DNA from: Felis catus
Lineage: Eukaryota
DNA: 64,000 nt
Reading direction: 5' to 3'
Assembly (NCBI RefSeq): GCF_018350175.1
Contig: NC_058369.1
Location: 11,534,001-11,598,000 of the forward strand
Positions 43,424 to 64,000 of the stretch are shown here, piece after piece. Position 1 is the first letter of the stretch. Each line of letters opens with the position of its first letter. Below the pieces are notes generated by a model. It had not been told where the DNA came from. It saw nothing but the letters and a program-made list of their open reading frames with translations, and made no database searches. The position numbers and the translations under genes were made by a program.

Positions 43424-44739
43424 GTTACCCTAAAACATTACAGCAGTCTTCTGAGGTGGGTACACAGTGAGTAACCGATAAAGCCACCCGAACCCTCTGC
43501 CTCCAGAGTCCATCTCTGCCCATAGTGTTATGTGGCTTTGACTGTGGCTGTGACCCCTGGCCCTGTCCTCTGAGAGTCCAGCACAGCTCCGGGCCTGCTC
43601 CACCCCCTGGCTCCCATCCCCCAGGCCAACCAGCCCCATGACCAGACTTCCCACCTGGTTGGCCCCCAAAGCCAGGAGGGGATCCCCCGTTGTCTGTAAC
43701 AGGATCAAGAATTTATTTCTGACAGATCGAAAGGCTTTGGAATGGTCATCCTGGGGAAAACAGTCTGAACTTCCTTGCCCTTTCTTCAGTTTCCTTATGG
43801 TTCGCTGTGGTTTTAGCTTTGGAACTCACTGAGAGGAGGGCGATGTCTCCTTACAGCTTCAGGCTTCTCAGTGTCTGGCCTGGCTCCTGCCTGAACCCAG
43901 CCAGTCGTGCCTCTCCTCCAGCTGCCAGCATCTGCCTTAGTTTCCCCAGATGAGCCTGCAATTAAGGTCGGAGGCTTTGATCTCTCTAATCTCCTGTGGC
44001 TTTTTTAAATTTTTTCTTTGACAGATATTACCTGGGTGTCCAGTATGCACAATGCCTTTTGGCCCTGTGGAGGCAGTGGAGAGCCAACGGCCAGCTGTGA
44101 TTCCTCCCATCTGTCTGCCCACTTGCCCAGATCAGTCACCCACCCACCCACTGACCCAGACACAGGTATCTCTTCCAAATCCGGGGCGGGACTGACCCTG
44201 TCTGGATCTATCTGGAGCAGATAAACTGGCCAAGGACAACATCTTAGTGGGATGGTCGAGTTGGCTGACGGTGGGTGGGTGGGGGTGAGAGGAGCAGGAC
44301 CAGAGTCTGGTGCGGCTTGTTGAGGCTGGAGGTCTTCCTGGAGGAAGAGGCTGCAGCTGCCAGTAGAGCCCCAGGAGGGTGGGTTGAATCCAGAGGGAGC
44401 AGAACGGCTGGCTCCCCAGGGCCGATGGCGCCTGAGGATTCCTGGGGCCGCGTGGGGCGTCAGGGTTGCTGGCTTAGGGACCCCTGTCCAAGCGTGGGAG
44501 CAGGTCCTGACGTGTGGGCTTTGGGGGTGCTGGTGCAAGAGGAGGGTGTTAAGGAGCGGGCCTGAGGGGGGATCTGGGCACTAAGTGGAGCCAGGCATGG
44601 GCAGAGGGGCAGGGAGTGTGGTGGTTTGGGGATGCTGGGTGTTCAAGTCTTTGTGTCTCCAATGTCTCTTTCGCTGTCTCTGTCTGCGTCTTCTTCTCCA
44701 TCTCTCCACCTGTCGGTCTCTCCATCCCCGGCTCTGCGT

Positions 44740-45350
44740 CTTTCCCTTTCCGTCGCTCTCCACGCATCCACGACTCTGTCTCTGGTTCTCTCCGTCTCTG
44801 GGGGCCTAGCCTCGGTCCCCGCCCAGAGGCTGGCGAGACCGGGGGCGGGCCGGGGGCGGGCCTCGCGGCGCGGCCGGGCGGGGTTAAAAGGGCCCGGCCG
44901 CCGGACGGCGCGGTCAGAACCGAGGTTGCGGTGCGGGCGGATCTGGATCCCGGATCGAGAGGCCGAGGCCGAGGCCGAGACCCGCGAGGTGAGTGCGCGC
45001 GGGGGGCGGTAACCCGAGCGCGGCCGGGGCGCTGCGCTGTAACCCGAGGCGCCCGGCAGGCGCGGGTGCTGGCAGCGGGGACGCGAGGGGCTGGGCGCAG
45101 CCCGCCCCGGGAATCCCCACGACCCAGGTGGCGGCGGCGGCGGGTCCCAGAGGCTCCGGATGGGGGGACGTGGGCGTGTCCCCGACGGCCGCCGCTTTTG
45201 GGCGCAGTTGTTTTGAGCGCGCCCCTCGGAGTCCTGGGTACATCCTTCTCCCCGGGTTTCCGTGATGGGAAGGGACCTCAGGAAGAGCCCCCTCCCCATC
45301 AGGACCTCTCGGGCGGATCCAGGCCCTGCCCTGTGCCGCAGGGCGGACCG
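44740..45350 (+). promoter_or_regulatory. CYP4F22: CpG-island promoter of CYP4F22 with tandem GC boxes (44841-44862) and TATA-like GTTAAAAG (44883-44890)
   Basis: Dense CpG; gggggcgggcc repeated twice just upstream of the TATA-like element. Confidence 0.85.
44915..44988 (+). other. CYP4F22: CYP4F22 non-coding exon 1 (5' end approximate)
   Basis: Consensus donor GAG|GTGAGT at 44989, about 100 bp downstream of the TATA-like element. Confidence 0.75.
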
Positions 45351-47206
45351 GAGTCACTCCACAGCGTCTCCCTCAGGGACTTTACGCTAGTGATCCGGCT
45401 GCCTTCACCGTCCCTCTCCCCACCCATGGCAGGCGCAGAGCCTGAAAAGAGGAGATGCCCTCCTGGGCCCCCAGAGTTGGCTGTGAGGGTTGTGTGAGCT
45501 CCTGCGGTTGGTACCAGCTGACGTTTGTTGGATGCGGGAGGGATGTATGCTCCCTGGTGTCCAAGGGGCTGGCCGTCCCCGCTTGGACCACGTGAGGCGG
45601 CTGAGACCTGCCAACTGGGGAGTCTCAGGCTGGAGGTGGGAGGGAGGCCGGGAGACAGTGGGGGAGCTGGGATTTGAACAAACCGGCCCTGTGTGACCCC
45701 AACATCCTGTGCCCTTTCCAACGGCCCCGGCCTCTCTGTATAGCCCAGCTTGGGTTTCTGAGCGGTAACATTAGCCCTGGACTGGTGTCCGGTGGTGACC
45801 TGGGCTTGGATGACTCCGCAGACGGAGAAGGCGACCCCCTCCCGCCTCCCTGGCAAGCCTTGGACCCCATTCTCCAAATCGCAGATGACTGGGCAAGCAC
45901 TCACGAATATGGTGCCAGCCCCAACAGCAAGGAGAGGCACCTTTGATCTGGGGCTTGCGGTGTGCCAAGCCCTGAGCTGAGCACATTAAAAATGTGGCAT
46001 TGTTATCAAAGCCCTGTGAAGTGGGTAATACAGTTCCTGTCTTACACGTGAGGAAATTGAGGCTCAGAGAGGTGCAGACATTCACCTGAGGTCACACAGC
46101 TCTGAGGTGGAGCTTTATGGAATCCTTTCCGAGGCTCATGTCCAAGTGCTGAGATGGTGGGCAGAGGCAATTGCAGTTCTGGGATGTTCTAGATGGCTGG
46201 TGGTTTGTAAACTTCTTTTTCTGTCAGGATCTCCTTTGGGCCGAGGAAGCTGTGGGCGACAGCCTACAGTGTGCCCACAGCTGCGGTGAGGCCCTCCTTC
46301 CCACCTCGATTTGCCAGCTTGGCTCTGCCCTCAGAACTGCTCCTGCAGCCCCTTCTCCGAACCCCAGAAATCTGGGGTAAGCCTCCTCTCAGCTCAGACT
46401 TCTAGGGTCTGGCACTTTGGGAGAATAGGAGTCTCTGGGGTCAGGCAGCTCTTTGGCATAGAGAGGGTGTTTGGTTGGCATGAGCAGGGAGAGGAGGCAG
46501 GCTGTTTTGACTACTGGCTTCCAGAGTGAGTGAAGGGCAGCGCTAGGATGTGGGGCAGTGGAGCCAGTGTTGGGTGCTTGGATGACAGGTGGGCCCCAGG
46601 ACCTGCAGTTCAAGGAGAGGCAACATGTGTGATTTCTGGTGGTGTGTGTGTCCGGGGTGTGTGTGTGTGTGGGGGGCATGGTCGTGTCCTGCATTCCTTC
46701 TCAGGAGCCCACACACCTTGTATGACAAGTCCCTGACTGGCGGCCGGGCTAACCTGACAAACCAGCGCTCCTTGGGCGTGGGCCACGGAACCAGTCGCTG
46801 GCTCCTCCGTTTTCAGATAATGCTGGCCCCAGCAGGACAGGCGGGGCCACCTCTGCTGGGGTGGGGCTGCTGGGTGCCCTTGCCTGGTGTCTGATGCTCT
46901 GAAGTTTGCCAGCCTCTCACAGCATCCTGAGAGTGTCAGCTTTGCGTTTATCTCGCTCCAATAAACTAGTAAATAATAGAAGCAGGAATAATGGCTAAAA
47001 TCTTGCATACCGCCTACCAGACCTCATCTCACTGAAGTGTCCCAAGCAACCTTTAAGGGGTGGCTCCTGCTATTGTTAACCCATTTCACAGATTGGCACA
47101 TGGAAGCTGGGGGTGGGGACTAGACTACTCAAGGCTGCTGACTTGGGGGAGGCGCAGGGCCGCGACTGGGACCCAGGCTGGTTTGAGTCAAAGACGCACA
47201 TTTGAA

Positions 47207-49663
47207 ATTTTTTTTTTAATACTTATTTTTGAGAGAGAGAGAGAGAAAGAGAGAGTGAGTGGGGGAGGGGCAGAGAGAGAGGGAGACATAGAATCGGAAG
47301 CAGGCTCCAGGCTCTGAGCTGTCAGCACAGAGCCTGACGCGGGGCTTGAACCCACGAACCATGAGATCATGACCTGAACAAAGTTGGGTGTTTAGCCAAC
47401 TGAGCCACCCAGGCGCCCCAAAGATGCACATTTTAAAAGACGATGCAATCGGGAAACAAATTTTCATTTTATTTTTAATTTTTTTAAGTTGAAGTGTAAT
47501 ACAGGGGGTATAGGGAAGTGCACATTCTACAACTGGGCAGTTCAGGAGTGTTTGAGAATTGAACCCACACATGTCACCAGCACTCAAGTCACGAAAGGAA
47601 ACGACTGTCTGAACCCCCAGAACACCTTCTTCCCAATTAAAGCATCTTTATTCATTTTTCATTAATTTCAAATAATTAACTTTTTTAAAAAGATTTTTTT
47701 TTATCTTTTTAGGTAATCTCTACGCCCAACGTGGGGCTCAAACTCACAACCCTGAGATCAAGAGTCGCATGCTCTACCCACTGAGCTGGCCAGGCAACCC
47801 TCAAATAGTTAACTTTTTTATTTATTAAAAAAATTGTTTTAAATGTTTATTATTATTATTATTATTTTTGAGAGAGAGAGAGAGAGAGAGACAGAACACG
47901 AGCAGGGGAGGGGCAGAGAGAAGGAGACACAGAATCTGAATTAGGCTCCAGGCTCTGAGCTGTCAACAGACAAACCATGAGATCATGACCTAAGCCAAAG
48001 TCGTCGGACACCCAACTGACTGAGCCACCCAGGCACCCCACAATTAAAACTTTATTTTATTTTATTCTTTATTTTTTAATGTTTATTTATATTTGAGAGA
48101 GAGAGGGAGAGGGGGGGAGAGAGAGGGAGAGAGAGAGAGAATGAGAGCGTGTGCATGAGCAGGGGAGGGGCAGAGAGAGAGGGAGACCCAGAATCTGAAG
48201 CAGGCTCCAGGCTCTGAGCTGTCAGCACAGAGCCCAACGCCGGGCGTGAACTCACCAACTGTGAGATCATGACCTGAGCTGAAGTTGGATGCTTAACTGA
48301 CTGAGCCACCCAGGTGTCCCTCAAATAATTAACTTTTAAACAGAATTTATATTTTATTTAAAAAAAAATTTTTTTTCCAACGTTTATTTATTTTTGGGAC
48401 AGAGAGAGACAGAGCATGAACGGGGGAGGGGCAGAGAGAGAGGGAGACACAGAATCGGAAACAGGCTCCAGGCTCTGAGCCATCAGCCCAGAGCCTGACG
48501 CGGGGCTCGAACTCACGGACCGTGAGATCGTGACCTGGCTGAAGTCGGACGCTTAACCGACTGCGCCACTCAGGCGCCCCAACAGAATTTATATTTTAGA
48601 GCAGTTTCAGGTTTACAGAAAAACTATGCAGGAAGTATAGAGTTCCAAAACATCCATCAACTCCCTACACTTTCCCCTATTATTAACATCTTCTGTTAGG
48701 ATGATATGTTTCTTACAACTGATGAGCCAATGTAGACACATTATACTTAACCAAAATTAATAGTTTACATTAGAGTTCATTCTTTGGGTTGTACAGTCAA
48801 CTGATTCATTTTTATATTTATTTATTTTTTTATTAAAATAAAAAAAATTTTAATTTATTTTTGAGACAGAGAGACAGAGCATGAGCAGGGGAGGGGCAGA
48901 GAGAGAGAGGGAGACACAGAATCTGAAGCAGGCTCCAGGCTCTGAGCTGTCAGCACAGAGCCCGATGCGGGGCTCGAACCCATGAACCGTGAGATCATGA
49001 CCTGGGCCGATGTCGGACACTCAACCGACTGAGCCACCCAGGCGCCCCCAGGCTTATTTTTTCATTTGAGTGTCATCTTTGTTAAAAATGTTTTTTTTAC
49101 ATTTATTCATTTTTGAGAGACAGAGAGAGACCGAGCACAAGTGGGGGAGGGGCAGGGAGAGAGGGACACACAGAACCCGAAGCAGGCTCCAGGCTCTGAG
49201 CTGTCAGCACAAGAGCCCGACGTGGGGCTCGAACTCATGGACTGGGAGATCATGACCTGAGCCGAAGTCAGACGCTTAATCGACTGAGCCACCCAGGCGC
49301 CCCTTTTCATGACCAAGTAATATTCCATCACACGAATATATCACATGATACTTATCCATTCATTCATTGATGGACATTTGGATTGTTTCCACCTTTGGGC
49401 TATTCTGAATAGTGCTGCTATTCATATTCATATACAAGTATCTGAGGATGTTTTACATTCTTTAGTTTTAATTTTAATTTTATTTTATGTGAGAGAGAGA
49501 GAGAGAGAGTGGTGGAGGACCAGAGGGAGAAAGAATGAGAATCTTAAGCAGGCTCCACAGCCAGCATGGAGTCCGATGCAGGGCTCGATCCCATGCCTGG
49601 CATCGTGACCTGAGCCGAAATCAAGAGTCGGACGCTCAACCGACTGAGCCACCCAGGCGCCCC
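47207..49663 (-). mobile_element. Cluster of eight minus-strand Can-SINEs interleaved with L1M fragments in CYP4F22 intron 1
   Basis: Copies at about 47207-47418, 47690-47800, 47818-48039, 48050-48320, 48357-48580 (young, 18-bp TSD aacagaatttatatttta), 48848-49049, 49090-49302 and 49465-49663. Confidence 0.9.
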
Positions 49664-51461
49664 TGCATTCTATTGACTATATACCCAGGAGTGGAATTTC
49701 CAGGTCACATGAAAATTCTGTGTTTAGCTTTTTGAGGAACTGCGAAGCTATTTCTCAAAGCGGCTGCACTGCCTCAAAGGTTTTTGCAGCACTTTCTTTG
49801 GGGGGGGGGGTGCTGGCAAGAGTGCTCTTGCTAGGGGTGGGCGAGTGGAACCCAGCTGCAGAAAGTGGAAGATTTAACTTCCCCGAGGCACTATTTATTG
49901 AGCTCCTCCCAGAAGCATCAGATGGACTTCTGGATATTGTTTCCACTTCATAGATGAGAAGACTGAGGCTCCCAGGGTGACAGCCAGCTGGGGATCCAGC
50001 GTGTGCTCTTTCTGCTTGGAGCAGCCGGTCCTGGGAAAAGCCGCAGCCCACGTCCCACATAGGGGGGGTGGGCACGGCGGTTCAGAGCTCCCTGCCTCCT
50101 GTGCACCTGCCTTCCTGGGGCAGGGTCTCCTCTTTGAGGGCTGGTGCTTTCTCTTGTTTCAGTTCCTCCCCATTTCAGCATTTCAGGAAGACATTTCCTT
50201 TGTCAGGATATCAGCTGGGATTGTTCTGGGTGGGGGTGGGGGTTCTTGCTGTGACTCTACTTAGAAGAACCCCAGCTGCCTCGAAGGGCTCCTGGAAAGA
50301 TGAAAGAAATGGCTGAGAAAGCCACTGCACACAGAAGGTGCTCAATAAAGGAGGTGGCTGATTGTGGTGAAAAGCAGAGGTGGTCCTGGAGGATGAGGAG
50401 GGGCCCTTGTGGGCAGAGCTGGGGGAAAGGCATGCCAGATTGGAGGGAACAGCATGTGCAAAGGCTCTGAAGTGGGAATGAATTTGGCCTGTGGCCAGAG
50501 TGGCTGGAGTTGAGTCAGCAGCGGGGAGAGCCGTGGGAGAGGCTGGAGGGGTCCACAGGGGCCGGGCGCACAGGGCGTCTCAGTCCGTGGGAAGGAATCT
50601 GAATTGTGTTCAGCATAATGGGGAGGACTTTGAACAGGGGAAGGCTGTGATCTGATTTAATTTTAGGGAGATCCCTTTGGCTGCTGGGTGGAGAATGGAC
50701 TGCTGGGTGAGGGGTGGGAGGGAACTCGGGAGCAAGGGGAGGAGGCCACTGCAGTGGTGGCCTGACGTGGGTTGAGATGATGGGGATGGGGAAAAGTGAA
50801 TGAGAGTGAAAGATATTTCGGATACACTACTGGCAGGACCTGGCAATGAACTGGGTGTGGGCAGAGAGGGAGGAAGGAGGTGAGGTGAATGTGAGGGTCT
50901 GAGAGGCCATCCAGGAGGTGGGGTCATCAAGACATGGGAGGCATCTCAGAGACAGGGTCACAAAAGCCATGGGAGGGGGTGAGCTCCCCAGGGCGTATAC
51001 ATGGAGAGAGAGGAAGCGATGACTCAGGACCAGCTCTAAGGAATCCAACGTTTATAGCTTGGGTGAAAGGGTCCAAAACATCCTGAGAAGGGGGATCTTT
51101 ATGGCTGAAGTGGAGGATGGGCGGGGGTGGTCAGCTCCTCAAGGGCTTTGGATGCCAGACTGAGGGCAGTGGGGAGCCATGGATGGTGTTAGAGCAGGAG
51201 AGTGACGGACCTTCAGAAAGGTGACTGTGGTGTCTGGAGTGGCAGCCAGACTACAGCCAGGTTGCCCAGGGGTTAGAGGTGACCCAGAGGTCTTGGGCCT
51301 GCCAAAGCGGTGACCCCACCCTGGGCCACACACAGGAAAAGGTCACACTGGGGTGGACCCAAAGATCATCTTTTACAGTCACCCCCAGTTTCAGATAGGG
51401 AAACTGAGGCCTAGGCCACACAGCCAGTCCGTGGAGTCAGGATTAGAACCCAGCTACATGT

Positions 51462-51886
51462 GGGTACCTGGGTGACTCAGTCGGTTAAGCGTCCTAATTC
51501 AGCTCAGGTCATGATCTCACAGTCCGTGAGTTCGAGCCCCGCGTCGGGCTCTGTGCTGACAGCTCAGAGCCTGGAGCCTGTTTCCGATTCTGTGTCTCCC
51601 TCTCTCTCTGCCCCTCCCCTGCTCACTCTCTGTCTCTCTCTCTCTCTCTCTCTCAAAAATAAATAAACATTAAAAAAAATATAAAACCTTAGGGTCACCT
51701 GGGTGACTCAGTCGGTTAAGCGTCCAACTCTTGATTTCGGCTCAAGTTCTGATCTCACGGCTTGTGGGTTTGAGCCCCACATCAGGCTCTGCGCTGACAG
51801 CACAGAGCCTGCTTGGGATTCTCTATCTCTGCCCCTTCCCCACTCTCGCTTTCTCTCTCTCTCTCTCTCTCTCAAAAAAAAAAAAA
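51462..51886 (+). mobile_element. Two tandem plus-strand Can-SINEs (51462-51679, 51692-51886)
   Basis: Heads acctgggtgactcagtcggttaagcgtcc, (CT)n tracts and A tails. Confidence 0.9.
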
Positions 51887-52049
51887 TATATATGTATTAA
51901 AAGACCCCAGCTATGTGCGTGTGTGTGCAGATGTGCACTTAATGAGAAAGCCCCGTTCTTCACTCAGCTGTCTGCCCAGAGAGCCTTCCCCCAAGAGACA
52001 CACACAGGCCACCTCATCTGGAGGGATCGGTCTGCACCCTCTTACTCCG

Positions 52050-52490
52050 TGTATTTGTTTCCTGTGGCTGCTGTGACGAATTACCACGAACTGGGTGGCT
52101 TGAAACAGCACACATTTATTCTCTCAGAGTTCTGGAGGCCGGGAGTCTGAAACCCAGGTGAGGGCAGGGCCGTGCTCCCTCTGGAGGTTCTAGGGCAGAA
52201 TCTGCTCCCTGCCTCTCCCAGCTTCTAGTGGCTCCAGGGTGCCTGGGCTGGTGGCCGCATCCCTCCAGGGTCTGCCTTTATCTTTCCACGGCCTTCTTCT
52301 CTTCTGTGTGTTGAGTCTCCCTCGGCCTCTCTCTTACGAGGAGATTTCGATTCCAGTTGGGAACAACCTAGACAATCCAATCCCGGATAATCTTCTCATC
52401 TCTAGTCCTGTCTGCAAAGACGCTGGCAGTTAAGATCACATTCCCACGTTCCAGAGACCTGATCTCTTTGGGGGACCAGTATTCAGCCAC
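52050..52490 (-). mobile_element. MLT1 (MaLR) solo LTR
   Basis: tgtatttgtttcct..ggctgctgt.ac.aattaccac.aactgggtggctt.aaacag..catttattctctca.agttctggaggc; ends attcagcc. Confidence 0.85.
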
Positions 52491-52526
52491 CTCTATCTCT
52501 GCTTTACCTCCTTCGAGACACGCAGT

Positions 52527-53395
52527 CTTTTTTTTTTTTTTAATGTTTATTTATTTATTTGGGGGGGGGGAGGTTGTGTAGAGAGAGAGAGAGGGAGAGA
52601 GAATCCCAAGCAGGCTCCGCACTGTCAGCACAGAGCTCAACACGGGGCTTGATCTCACAAACTGTGGGATCATGACCTGAGCCGAGATCAAGGGTGGGAT
52701 GCTTAACCGACTGTGTCACACAGGTGTCCCCCGCCCCCCAGTCTTAACCATTTTCAGTGAACAGTTCAGTGGCCTTAAGTACATTCACACTGTTGTGCAG
52801 CCATCACCACCATCCATGTCCAGAACTTTTCTGTCTTCTTCAATTAAAACTCTGACTCCCTACCCCCCCTCCCGCCGGTCCTGGTGCCCGCCATTCTGCT
52901 TCCTGTCTCTGAACCTGACTCCTCTGGGGACACAGAGCATTTGTCCTTTGTGTCTCTTATTTCACTTCACGTAATGTCCTTGAGGTCCATCCATGTTGTG
53001 GCCTGTGTCAGAATTCCCTTTTTATGGCCGAATAATATTCCAGTGTATGGATAGGCCATAGTATGTGTATCTCTTCTTCCTTTCTTGGGCACTTGGGTTG
53101 CCTCCACCTTTTGGCCCTTGTGACTAATGCTGCTGTGAACATGGGTGTGCAAATATCTGTTTGAGTCCCTGCTTTCACTTCTTTTGGGGATCTCTCCAGA
53201 AGTGGGATTGCTGGATCATATGGTGATTCTATGTTTAATATTTTGAGGAACCACCACACTGTTTTCCACAGCAAAGCCTCACCATTTTACATCCCCACGA
53301 GCAAGGCATCAGGGTTCAAGGTTTCTCCGCATCCTTGCCAACACTTGTTATTCCCTTTCTGTCTCTCCTTGGTACCAGACATCCTAATGAGTGGT
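52527..53395 (-). mobile_element. Can-SINE (52527-52732) followed by an L1MB-like 3' fragment
   Basis: SINE head and tail; L1 motif agtgggattgctggatcatatggt.attctatgtttaa..ttttgaggaacc. Confidence 0.82.
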
Positions 53396-54034
53396 CATGT
53401 CAATTGCATGGCTGGGAGTGTAAGTCAGACCGTCCCAATGGGACTCTCCAAATTTGGTGATGATGCACCCAGCTGTTTTCCCAGGGTGTGGTAACCAATA
53501 GAAACTTCACATCTTCTGCATGGATGATACAGTTGGTCATTGGCTGGTGGAAAAGCCAGTGACTCTGAGCCCCTAATGGAGGGAACCATGGGCCGGTGGT
53601 GGGGGGGGGTGGTGGGGACTGGGGACTCAGGTGAGGACCTGGAGGGTAGGGTTCCTTCAGCTGTGTTGCCCAAGGAGGTGGAGCACAGAGAGAACCCTTG
53701 GGTGTCTGGACTAAGGGGAAAGGAGAGATGAGGGCAAGACCTAACCATTTTCAGCAATCTCCTCGGCACTGTCTGAGATCTGTGGGCCCCCAATGTGATT
53801 GAGTTTGGCCTTTGGTAGGGGTTCAGGGGGCCTCTGTCAGCTCCCATCTCTCTTGAGTTAGAGGAACAGAGATTGAGTTGTGCAAACAATGGAGAGAATG
53901 GTAGGACCCACTCCAAGGTCCACTTTAAGGCACCATAAAATGAGGCATGCACATCCCTGAGTGTGGAGCATGGCACATCGCAACGCTCTATACCTGGTCA
54001 CTGTGTCATTAATATTATTATTTTTTTTATTTTT

Positions 54035-54247
54035 TATTTTTAAAAATTTTTAAAAATGTTTATTTATTTTTGAGACAGAGAGAGACAAAGCATGAACAGG
54101 GGAGGGTCAGAGAGAGAGGGAGACACAGAATTCGAAGCAGGTTCCAGGCTCTATACTGTCAGCACAGAGCCCAGTGCGGGGCTCGAACTCATCAACCGTG
54201 AGATCATGTCCTGAGCCGAAGTCGAACGCTCAACAGACTGAGCCCCT
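54035..54247 (-). mobile_element. Can-SINE
   Basis: Typical body and tail. Confidence 0.88.
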
Positions 54248-54274
54248 ATTTTCTCTTTCTTAATGATTTTTCTC

Positions 54275-54502
54275 AACACCATTTTCTTCTCTGCAGCTTA
54301 CTTTCTTGTAAGAATACAGTATATACTACATATAACATTCAGAATATGTGTTAATTGGCCGTTAATGTTATCAGTAAGGCTTCCAGTCAACAGTAGGCTA
54401 TGAGCAGTTCAGTTTTGCGGGGGGTCAAACGTTACACATGGAATTCTGGCTGCACAGGGCTTGGGACCCCCCAACCCCTGCATTGTTCAAGGGTCAACTG
54501 TA
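54275..54502. mobile_element. Tigger2-like (TcMar) DNA transposon end
   Basis: Terminal ttgttcaagggtcaactg followed by TA; interior tacagtatata..acatata...taaggcttcc.gtcaacagtaggcta. Confidence 0.75.
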
Positions 54503-55049
54503 CTTTAAAATGGTTCGTTTCATGTTGGGTGAATCTCACCTCAATTAAATAGAGAAAAAGAGGGAAGACAGGGGAAGGAAGGCAGCTAATAGAGAAAGTT
54601 TCTTCTGTGGGCAGCCGGAGTTTAATCCTGCTGTGGAAGCCTGGGAGTGCATGTGAAACTCCATCTCAGGGTCATTGCCCCAAGGGGAGGAGGTATTTAT
54701 CTGGCAACATTCATCCGTCATCGGTTAAGAGCTGCTTTCGGCGTGGAGGTGTATGTGTTTTAATTTTCCAACCCTCTGGCCAGCCAGGCATGGGCAGAGA
54801 AGTCAGGAAGGATGCCCTGCGAAGTGAAGACTGAGGGCATATGGACAGGTGTCCGTCTGGTCAGCTCGCTGAAGGTCACTGCTGGGGAAAGTTAGGGGGG
54901 TATCCTTGGTGTCTGGGACTCGTGTGCATTGAGCACCTCCTGTGTGCCAGGTACCCTATGCTTGACCCCACAGGTCATCTTTGTATGGCACACACATGGC
55001 CAGAGTGGTTCCTACCTGCACTGACCCCCATCCCGTGTGTTCCCGCAGG

Positions 55050-64000
<8,951 letters not shown>

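Noticed and set aside
44616..45940. 293-, 218- and 213-aa ORFs
   Set aside because: Same GC-rich artefact at the CYP4F22 promoter; they cross the exon 1 donor.

Overview
This is eukaryotic, intron-containing DNA from a cat-family (Felidae) genome, judged from roughly 36 carnivore tRNA-derived Can-SINEs, several of the young feline SINEC_Fc type. It is syntenic with human 19p13.12. Gene order: 5' end of WIZ (minus strand; CpG-island promoter, non-coding exon 1, first coding exon 1728-1932), complete RASAL3 (minus; 17 coding exons, 3039 nt, 1012 aa), complete PGLYRP2 (minus; 5 exons, 1791 nt, 596 aa, amidase Zn ligands intact), about 20 kb of repeat-rich intergenic DNA, then the 5' part of CYP4F22 (plus; CpG-island promoter near 44.9 kb, four coding exons from 55050, truncated by the window end). 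I checked all coding exon boundaries by hand for GT-AG and phase. A sequence matching the human MIR1470 hairpin lies antisense in WIZ intron 1. I found no convincing evidence of a wholly new biological system. The best leads are: oppositely oriented TGACC/GGTCA arrays flanking a frame-symmetric RASAL3 exon 12-14 block; a 21-bp coding repeat in PGLYRP2; the broken remnant of the human PGLYRP2 long-isoform tail; a WIZ uORF; liver and epithelial regulatory motif clusters; and repeated SINE insertion into one target site. Gene and repeat family names come from my recall of known sequences, not from database searches.
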